Assembly (NCBI RefSeq): GCF_009914755.1 | Contig: NC_060947.1 | Direction: 5' to 3' (one strand) | Length of the DNA stretch: 64,000 nt | Source of the DNA: the human T2T-CHM13v2.0 reference genome, Homo sapiens | Part shown: positions 63,058 to 64,000 of the stretch, piece after piece | Layout of the letters: the number at the start of each line of letters is the position of its first letter | Numbering within the stretch: the stretch's first letter is position 1 | Position numbers and translations under genes: made by a program | Notes under the pieces: model-generated | Database searches by the model: none | What the model was told of the DNA's origin: nothing | What the model saw: the letters and a program-made list of their open reading frames with translations, nothing else

Positions 63058-63523
63058 GATGAATGGAACTTTTAAGTGAGCAAGAAACACACTTCTACAT
63101 TAAGTCACTGTACTTTGGTGCTCTTTGTTACAACAGCATGAACATGTATGCTAACTAATACGCACTCAGGGTCCTCCCATTATCCCTACAGTACGGACCA
63201 CAGTCATTAACGTGGCTTCTAAGGTCCTGCACCATCTGACCTCCGCTTGCCTCTCCACCTTGTCTCACTTGTGCTTCAGGCTTGCTGCCCTGCTTATGTT
63301 CCCCATCCACACCCTGGAGGTATCATCCCGACTCAGGGCTTTTGCACCTGCTGTGCCCCACGCCTCTTCCCCTCCCTCACCTGGCCAACTTCAAGCCACA
63401 GGTCAAATATGTTTTCCTTAGAAAGCCTTCCCTGGCTGCATGGATGAGGTCTTTCTTCCTTCATCTCTCCCCCAGCACTCATAAGTACATTCTGTGTCAT
63501 TTGTTTATTAGAGAGGCCTATAT

Positions 63524-63735
63524 TTTTTTTCATTTTTGAGACAGGGTCTCACTCTGTCGCCCAGGCTGTAGTGCAGTGGTGTGATCTCGGCTCACTGTAA
63601 CCTCCGCTTCCCAGGTTCAAGCAATTCTCCTGCCTCAGCCTCCTGAGTAGCTGGGATTACAGGCACGTGCCACCACGCCAGTTAATTTTTTGTATTTTTA
63701 GTAGAGACGGGGTTTCACTGTGTTGGCCACGCTGG
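63524..63735 (-). mobile_element. 5'-truncated Alu near the RS1 exon 4 donor
   Basis: Reverse Alu; flanking tagagaggccta duplication. Confidence 0.9.
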
Positions 63736-63792
63736 TAGAGAGGCCTATTTTTTTTTAAAAGCACATGAAAAAAAATCCCCGGGCCCTGCTTA

Positions 63793-63954
<162 letters not shown>

Positions 63955-64000
63955 TCACATTCACACATATCTCAATACTCAACAAGCACCAGGTGACTGA

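Larger units (their letters stand above)
62355..63161. mobile_element. LTR33-like (ERVL) solo LTR, split by an Alu and hosting CDKL5 exon 20
   Basis: taatagaacccctgag...catttcctagtctcccttgcaactagatgggg...ctggtcaatgggatgtgggcagaagtg; 3' end taagtcactgta...ctttgttacaacagc...ctaactaatac. Confidence 0.65.

Overview
Eukaryotic (human/primate, Alu- and L1-rich) genomic DNA recognisable as the Xp22.13 CDKL5/RS1 locus. The + strand carries the 3' half of CDKL5: coding exons 8-19 (22-exon numbering, recalled from the literature), all with GT-AG boundaries and frame-compatible lengths. These include the alternative 123-nt exon 17 ('16b'), a stop codon at 45360-45362, a multi-kb 3'UTR, and alternative exon 20 of the long (115 kDa-type) isoform. 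The - strand carries RS1 (retinoschisin, discoidin domain) exons 4-6 and its 3'UTR, so the two genes converge and interdigitate. The rest is intronic: about 25 Alus, two L1s, L2/MIR fragments, MER20/MER58/MER3, old LTRs and microsatellites. Most ORFs in the supplied track are chance or repeat-derived. I see no wholly new biological system. The best leads are RNA-processing features: an LTR-derived coding exon, a splice junction that regenerates its own donor, a candidate intronic poly(A) terminal exon, a post-stop G-quadruplex, an L1-donated poly(A) signal near the antisense overlap, and a nested Alu with apparent gene conversion.
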